This document shows positions 47,011 through 55,154 of a stretch of 55,154 nucleotides of DNA, in pieces; positions within the stretch are counted from its first letter, which is position 1; each line of letters starts with the position of its first letter. The DNA is taken from positions 62,001 through 117,154 of the forward strand of contig CAUYUJ010000182.1 of assembly GCA_963575745.1 (NCBI GenBank), written 5' to 3'. The position numbers and the translations under genes were made by a program. The notes below the pieces were generated by a model. That model ran no database searches, was not told where the DNA came from, and worked only from the letters and a program-made list of their open reading frames with translations. Source of the DNA: Prorocentrum cordatum (Eukaryota).

Positions 47011-50000
47011 AACAAAAAACACGACGATCTCAGGAACTTGCCCCAAAAATGTGACCAACTCCGCTCTCTCTGTCTCTCTCTCTGTCTGCTCTCTGTCTCT
47101 CTCTCTGTCTGTCTGTGTCATGTATTGTATGTCACAATTGCAGGATGCTGGGCACACGCGCGCCCCGAATAAGTGACCAAGTTCTGTGGGTGTGTACCCC
47201 ACGCCAGTGTAGTAGCCACGGTCGTCCGCACGCCACGAAGTGAAGTGTCCCAACGTCATAGGGCGGGAAGCTGGGTTTGGGTGGTCGCGAAGAGTCGTTT
47301 GGATATTTGGTAGAGCTTGAACTGCCCCCCCACGAAGTGGGGGTATTGTCTCGCGTCGCGTGAAAACCCTGGCACTGGTGAGAACACTGAGCGTTCGGGT
47401 AAAATGATTGTTGTTGTTGTTGTTGTTGTTGTTGTGGTTGGTGTTGTTGGTGTTGTTGTTGTTGTTGTTGATGTTGCTGTTGTTGTTGTTGTTGGTGTTG
47501 TTGTTGTTGTTGTTGTTGTTGTTGTGGTTGCTGCTGTTTTGTTGTTTTCTTGTTGTCGTTGTTCGTTGTTGTTGAACTCTCAATCTTGAGGAATAACTGT
47601 TTTCGATCCCACCACAGTTGCACATGGTATTTGTTCAATTGAGGTGCCCCCCCTCAGGGCTCGAGCAGATCGCAGCGACGAGTATCGAACTGATCGGTGC
47701 TGTTGTTGTTGTCAATGCTGTTGCTGTGGCTGCTGCTGCAGCTGCTGCTGTTTCTGCGGCGGAAGCGAGGAGGAGGACGAAGAGGAGGAGGAGGAGGAGG
47801 AGGAGGAAGCGGAAGCGGAGGAGGAGGAGGTGGAGGAGGAGGAGGAGGAGGAGGAGGAGGAGGCGGAGGCGCCCATCCCGCCTCCCGCCTTCGCCCGTGG
47901 GCGGCGCCCACCCGGGGCACGCTCAGAGGGCCGCGCCAGGCCGCTCCGCGCACCATCTGCCGCCCCGTGCCACGCGTGTGCTCGCGGGGTGCGTCTGGGA
48001 TGCTCGTGGCCTCGAGGTCGCGAGCGGCCTCCTCCTTCTCTTCCTCCTCCTCCTCTTCCTCCTCCTCCTCCCTCCTCCTCCTCCTCCTCCTCCTCCTCTT
48101 CCTCCTCCTCCTCCTCCTGCCCATCCCCTGGGACGCCCTGCGGGACGGCCCCACTGTCGTTCTCCTGGGACAAGTACCGCCCTTCGGGGCATGGCGCTCT
48201 ATGAATGGGTTGGGCCCAGAGCCGCGAACCCTAACCGACTAACCGACGATAGACGACAGACGCCCTGCGATACTACCCCACGGTAGATCCCTGGGCAATA
48301 ACCGACGAAGAGCCAGACTCGACATCAGCTGGCCAGACAACCACAACCGACCCCAGCAGCACAGCCCCACGTCACCTGCTGGGAAGACCGACGCCCCGCG
48401 GGACGGCCCCACGGTCGATCTCCTGGGCAAGTTGCCCTATGAAGCAGCCCCACGGCTATGCTCATGGGCGGACAGACGGACGAACTGGAAGCCCCTCGAC
48501 TTCGACTGGAGGGCCGCGTCCAGGGAGAGCTACGGGACCGTTCGGGAGGACGGCGACGAGGCCTGAGAGGAGGCCTGCGCCCTCCGCCAGCAGGCCCGCA
48601 GGAGCGGAGAGGGACGTCGTCCTGGGGGAAAGTCGTGGGAAAGTCCTGCCCATCCCCTCCCCCCCCCATCTTCCTCCTTCCCCTTCCCCCGTCCCTGCCC
48701 TGCCCTTCCCCGGCCACCCCCACATACCTTCGAGCTCCTCTGCCCTGCCCTGGCCCCTCACCCCCCTGATTGTACCTCGGGGTCGCAATCAGAGCAGACA
48801 GTCTCGAGTGCGCGGGCGGGGGCGCAGGCGAAGGCGATAGGGGGCGGTGGATGTTTGGCCTTCCCGAGCTTGACAGAATCAACGACTGGCTCAACTGGTT
48901 GGCAGCGCGCACGAATGTGAACGAGCGCGCGCGAAACCTCGCACGCGCAGAACCATTCACATCGGCGGTGCCTGGTCGAAACTCGTCCGAGTCGCGCCCA
49001 GCCCTCGCCTCGATCGGTCCTCCTCTCTCGACTTCCCCCTCGTCCCTCCACCTCGTTCCTCCCTGCTCCCACCCACGTCCTCATCCTGCTCCTTCCTGCA
49101 CCTTCCTCCTCCCTAGCTTCGTACCCCCCCCAAACAAAGACGATGTATATACAAGTGGCACGCGTGTGCCCAGGCTCATACAAAACAGCTGAAAAGGGCG
49201 TTTGAAGCAGGAAGACACCATGACGGCGGAATCGGAGATGGAGAAGGGGAAGCTGGGGCGGCGCCGCCGGTGCGTGCCTGAGAGAAGGGGACGAGGCAGG
49301 AGGTGAGCGCAGAAGAATCTAAGATCGAGCAAGAGTCCCCCCCCCCCAAAGGATTGGTCTGAGGAGGGAGGCGGAGGCTGAACAATCGGCGGCCCAGCGG
49401 GCCAGAGGCGTGCTGAGGTCCGTTGGTGGTTCACAGTATCTGTCTAGCTCGCGTGCGCGCGGAGTGGCCCGTGCGCGCCACCGAGCGACACGACACCCCG
49501 GGAACACCCTGGGCGCACCTTGTGGGAAGAGCACCCCAGGCCCGTTCGACAAAAAAACACCCCGGGGCGCAGTCCGCGCGGCGCCTCCCAGAGGGGCGCG
49601 TTGCCCACGGTGACGTTTGGCCCCGAAGTGCGCGAGGAAGCGATCGAAAGGCTTCCTCTCCGAAGCCACCGAGAGGCCTCCTCCTCCTCATCCTCATCCT
49701 CCCCTCTTCCTCCTCCTGCTCCTCCTCATCCTTGTGGCTCGCCACAATCACACGACAATATAGTACCAGTGATGCAAGATGGGCTGGCGGAGTGAGCGAA
49801 GCGATTAACAAGATAAGTGTAAGCACGATTCCCACCAGCCGATTCGTTTCACCAGACAATTTGTGGAGGGAGAGAGAAGGAGGAGAAGAAGAGGAGGAGG
49901 GTAGCTGCTGGGAGTGAAATGCAATAGTGAGATCGCATTCGAGCGCAAGTGGGGTTGCCACACCTTGCGATGTATGTACCAGGGCCCCCCAGGAAGCCTC

Positions 50001-50189
50001 CGGAGGCCCGACTTGGATACCAGAAGAGGCTCCAGGAGGCCCCAGGATTGTGAGTGTTGTGTGGGTGTGTGTGATGTGTGCTTTGTGTTGTGCGTGTTTT
50101 CTGTGCGTTGTAGGTGTTGTGTGTGTTATATTCGTCTAGCGTGTGATGTGTTGGGTGTGATTTGTGTCTCTTTGTGCGCATGTAGTTCT

Positions 50190-50480
50190 GAGGCCCCAGG
50201 AGGCCCCAGGAGGCCCCAGGCGGCCTCAGGAGGCCCCAGGCGGCCTCAGGAGGCCCCAGAAGACCCCAGGAGGCTCCAGGAGGCCCCAGGAGGCTCCAGG
50301 AGGCCCCAAGAGGCTCCAGGAGACCGCAGGAGGCCCCAAGAGACCCCAGGAGGTTCCAGGAGATCCCCAGGAGGCTCCGAGGCGGGGTCTGGGGTACCAG
50401 AAGGTACAGAAAGCCCCAGGAGGCACCAGGAGGTTCCAGGAGGCCCCCAGGAGGCTCCGAGGCGGGTTCTGGGGTACCAG
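50190..50480. repeat. 10-bp AGGAGGCCCC minisatellite
   Basis: Direct reading. Confidence 0.9.
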
Positions 50481-53400
50481 AAGGTACGTCGGGGCTCGAT
50501 TTTGGGAGGATATCTCAGGCGAAACCGCCATCCTCTGAGAATCGCTGACAACATTATTGCAAGTACAATGTGTTTTTGAAGGTTTTACGTTCGAATGTTG
50601 AAATTCCCATGTGTTTTTGGACCCTGACGTCGCGATCTGTGTAAGGGGTGCCACCGATTTTCAGAAGTTCGAGGATGTCCCTAGCGAAACGGCCAAAAAA
50701 ATCGCGAACGCGGCGCGTACTCATTAATCGCCTCTGGGCCTCTGAGTTCTACTCCGTCGGAGAGGTGCGTATGAGACTATACATATATATACACAAGACT
50801 GCAGTGGCGCTTCGCGCCATGCACCTTGGTCCTTGAAGTTTGGCATGCAGGCGGAATAGCAGGAAGGTCAAGCCGGCAATTTTGCGATAACTCCTGGTTG
50901 CCTTTTCTGCCATCGCCGCTATAATAATGGTATTCGTTATCCTTCCTCCATGCATTTTTTCCCCTTATTTTCACAATGCCCTGCGCATTCTCCCCATCCT
51001 CCTCAGCTCTTTTTTGCGGAGGCTCCTCTTTGGAGAGCCTCTAGGGTCCTCACAACAGTTGTTTCAGGCTTTCTTAAGGCCTTCTGGAGACCTCCTGGGC
51101 GTATTCTGGGGGCCTCCGGGGGCTTCCTCGGGCCACCCTGCCTCCAACCGCGGTCTCCCTGAACTACCGAATCACGATTTGGAATTCTTCGGAGGGTGTC
51201 TTTGGGCCATCTTGGGCCGCCATGGGGCTCTCTGAGGGCCATCTTGGACCCGTGTTCTGCCGTTTTGGGGCTCTCTTGGACTGCCTGGAAGCCCTTTCGG
51301 ATGGTTGTGGGGCGATTTGGGAGCCTCCCAGGCGTCTTCGGACGCCCAGAAGACCGCCGCATTTGAGCGTCGGGAAGCCGAAAAGAGGAGAACCCTACAA
51401 TTCACCAAAAACCCAGAGAAAATCAATGATTTTTGCCTCGGGGGGCCCTCTTGGGAGTGCTCTTGGAGGCCTCTTTGGAGCCGTCCTGGAGGCCTCTTGG
51501 GCCATCTTGAGGTCACGTCGGTCACTCTTGGAGCGCTCTTGTACTGTCTTGGGGGTCTCTGGGACGTCTCCGATGACCCCCCTGATCGCCCTAGGTGTGC
51601 TGGGAAGGCTTGGCAAAACGCCATGTGAGGCCCGGTGGCAGCTTCGAGGCCCGTCTGGAGGGTCCCAAAGCCCCAGATCCCGGGAGTCCGGTTTTTGTTT
51701 TGGGGGGGGGGGATGGGTTTTCCCCCCGCCCGGGCTTATAAAAATATAGGAAGAGGAATATGTGTGTACGCACACATCGGAGTTAACGACTACAGGAAAA
51801 GACAAACGACAAACAAGCTATACAAAAATGGGCATACCAACATGAAAAGAGAAACATATACAACAAGAGACTAGCAAAACAAAAGAGAGTGGAGACCATC
51901 TTGTACCTTCTCGAAGGCACGGAAGGTTGGAGTGCCAGGGTACGTGGGGTAGGACATTCTACTGAGCGGGCTCTGCCCACTCAGCCTGGATCGCCACCCC
52001 CCCAAGCCACGAAGGGCATTCGTGGCCTACTTATGAGCCAGGCTGGGCCATATATCATCACCTTGACATCCGCTTACCCTGAGATCCGACGTAGCGAAAT
52101 AATTGCAAAATCGCGAAGTGACCAATCACGACCAGAGCCTCAGATCCCATCTTTCTGCGCCAGTTTTCGAGCCGGATCGATCTGCGAGCGTCCTGGGGCC
52201 CGAGAAAAAGAAAAAACGCCCGGCTCGAAAAGATTGAGACGCCTAAATCTCAGGGTATAGCCCCCCCTAACCCCCGACGCCATGATCTTCTCATAACGTC
52301 GACTCGGGGAGTTCTCGTCCCGTTCCCCAGGGCCGGTCTTTCATGCCCCGTCGTTTTCGAGCGGCCCCGAGGCCCGGTGAGGGCCTCTGGAGGCCGAAAG
52401 TCGAGACACTCCCAGACCCCCTGACGTCGTGATGTTCTCACAACCTCGACTCCTCCTCCTCCTCCTCCTCCTCCTCCTCCTCCTCCTCCTCCCCAGGACC
52501 GGTTTCTCGTCCTGAGTCGTTTTGTTGACGCTCCTGGGGCCCAGTATAAGGGCCCCCGGAAGCCGAACATAGGGGAAAACTTGCCGTCGTGATTTTTGTT
52601 CACCACGCGAGGGGGTCTGGGAACCTTCCTGCGCGATTGGTTTGTTTTTTTTTCTTTTGCTCCTACAACTCGTCCTGAAGTACCCATGGGGCCCGGGCGC
52701 ATGCCCGCACAGGCGTTCCGTGTCCTGCAACTTGTCAAAATTATCAAAAAATGGCGAACACGCCCCTACGATGTCGGCACGCCCTTCAATGTCGATAGAC
52801 GTCCCTCCAATTTTGGGGCCAGGGCAAAGGTGGCCTGACCGGGAACGACTCCGAAGTTCGATGATGACCGACATTGGAGGGACGGCGCACACAAGCACCT
52901 CGCAGTCATCGCTACTCTGTCCAGCATCTCCCCACAAACAGCTCAGCCGCGCAAGGCATTTTGGGGGTTAATTTTGACGCGGGTTGTACAGTGCCGTTTT
53001 CAACACATGCTCCGCGTGCGGATCATATTTTAAAAAATGCAGGGATCTAGTATTAGAAACAACGATGCGTTCATGTCAAAATTCAGTCGTACATGAATCA
53101 TTATTAAAAGTCCTGCATTTTTTTCAAATAATCCTATGTACTAGAAGCTGCCCTGCAGGGGGTCTGGGGCTCCAGCGCACCCGCGGTCCTCCCAGCGGCG
53201 GCTGGCGGCCGGCGGCCGGCGCGCGCGCGCCCGACGCCTCCGCCCTTTTGCGCAGGGCCTGGCGCTGGAGGGCGGCGGCGGGCCGCCGGTGCCGCGGAGG
53301 GCCGCGGCGGCCGCCGAGGAGCGGCGCGGCGCGGGGGGGAGCCTTCGTGGGGTGAGCTCTCTGGAGGAGGGGGGGCTTCTTAGGAGGCAGGGGTGAGGAG

Positions 53401-54874
53401 GAGGAGGAGGAGGAGGAGGAGGAGGAGGACGAGAAGGCAGGAGTGAGGGGTACGAGGGCGAGGATGACGAGGAGGATGAGGAGGAGGAAGAGGAGGAGGA
53501 AGAGGAGGAGAAGGGAGGAGGAGGAGGAGGAGAAGGCAGGAGTGAGGAGGGGCTTTGTCAGAAGCGTACAGGTACTCGCAAGAGGGCTCCTCAGAAGCCA
53601 CGATTGCTTCTCCCTGCCCTCTCAAAAGGCCGCCCCCCCCCGCGCGAACCCCTGGTGCGCGCCAACCGTCGGGGGTTTGCCAACGATGCCCCGGGCCCAA
53701 GGTGTCCCCAGCTTGTCGCTCCATTTTGGAGCCCCCAGGGCCCTCAGGGCATCGTGAGGGGTGCTCTGGAGGCCTTGGTGGCCTCCTTGGCAACCCTGGA
53801 GGCACCCTGGGCCAGGGGCATTTCTAGCAGCCCCCGATGTCAGGGGCAACGACAGGGGGGGGGGATACAGTCGGAACCGATGAAGGGGATGGGTCACCTT
53901 CCCATGGGTAAGTACCAGTGCATCCTTGCATCCTCGGTCCATCATTAACCTCGATAGCCAGCCCCGCTCGAAGAACCATTGGCGTTGGCGTCCAAGGGGC
54001 TTGCATCCTTACCGCGAATCCTTACCAGTTTTGATTGTAGGCTCGAGGTTTGAGGTTCGAGCTTCTCGGGCGCTTCCGTCAGTTCCTGGCGGTGTTCTGG
54101 CTTTGGGATGCTTTCCAGCAGCTACGCCTCGCAGAGAGAGTTCCGGGGTCCCCGGATTGCCCCGAACGGCCACCCGAGAGCCGAGTTGGCATGGTTGAGC
54201 CGAGCATCCGGAAGGACGCGTAGGCAGAAGAGTGCACGATTGGCAGCTCTTCGTGACAATGCAAGGGACATCTTGCAGATGTATTGCGTGAACACAGAGG
54301 CTCGACTGTTATGAACCCGAGAGCCGAGTTGTGTCCCGAAACCCCATCGGCAATGTTAGGGGGGATTGGCTCAGGGAGGAACGCCTCGCACCCCATCGCC
54401 CATTGATCGTCGACATGGGTCTGATAGCCCCACCCCGCCCAGGAGCGTGCGGATTCGGTATCGGGGGGCATATCGCCGATCAATCGGCGGTGCATCGCCG
54501 ATTCCAGGTCGATGTGTCCCCCCTTTGGCAGTCCCCTTCTATCGCTGCCCCTCACTTGGGCGTCGACATTGAAATCAGCTTTTCTTGCATTTGGACCGCA
54601 TTTGGCCCTTCCTCCGCTGCCCTTGCCTCGTTTCTGCCCTGTTGGGCTTCCTTGGAGGCCCTCGTCACCATCGCCGGATTCGCCTCGAAGTTCTGGTCAG
54701 ACCGCATTCCGGGAGATGTGCGGGGAGTAGCGGTGTCGGTACCTTTTGGTTTCGCCATGTTCTCATGGCCGTGCCAGCGGGGGCGGGGACCTGCCGAACG
54801 ATGCTGATGTGGGCGGCGTGACTCGCGAAGGTTCCTTCGGAGGCCTCCCCCGGACAGCCGGCGCCTGCTGGGAA

Positions 54875-55154
54875 GAGGAGGAGGAGGAGGAGGTGGAGGA
54901 GGAGGAGCAGGAGGATGATACTTTGGAGGAGGAGGAGGAGGAGGAGGAGGAGGAGAGGAGGGAAGGAGGAGGAGAGGAGGAGGAGGAGGCGGAGGAGGAG
55001 GAGGAGGAGAGGAGGAGGGAAAGAGGAGCGGGGGAGGCAAGACGAAGAGAAGAGAGGAGAATGGGAGGGGGATGGGGAGAAGGGGGAGGAGGAGGGGCGG
55101 AGGAGGAGGAGGAGGAGGAGGAGGAGGAGGAGGAGGAGGAGGAGGAGGAGGAGG
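54875..55154. repeat. (GGA)n purine tract (similar tracts at ~40040-40250, 41265-41515, 43045-43165, 47765-47860, 53395-53550)
   Basis: Direct reading. Confidence 0.95.

Noticed and set aside
48770..49000. Possible host exon (WMFGLPELDRINDWLNWLAAR)
   Set aside because: Short, no recognisable domain and no splice evidence. Small host exons in the right half cannot be excluded without RNA-seq.

Overview
Eukaryotic, GC-rich, repeat-laden scaffold with one 100-N gap at 25083-25182. The (GGA)n/(GTT)n/(AGT)n/(GAT)n landscape, the divergent copia remnant and spliced-leader-like relics point to a dinoflagellate (inference; species not determinable). The window has two very different halves. The left block (1 to ~24.3 kb) is largely microsatellite-free and its credible ORFs all lie on the + strand. 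It holds a degenerate DDE-transposase-like frame (116-3844) and a split non-coding array of ~40 copies of a 129-bp unit, with helically phased TGAAC boxes and a fixed-length variable 36-nt cassette. It also holds a Cys/His + coiled-coil + cupin-like ORF, a broken PD-(D/E)XK nuclease, a small Cys-rich ORF and a second, different C2H2 + DDE transposase-like ORF. Two of the last four ORFs are preceded by a clear DinoSL-like relic and two by shorter SL-like fragments; three share a 5' hairpin with compensatory base changes. The right block (~24.3-55 kb) is host-type repeat DNA: a disrupted Ty1/copia remnant, MITE-like and foldback elements, dispersed repeat families, minisatellites and microsatellites. 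I cannot support any host gene there. All protein family calls come from motif reading only; no searches were run.
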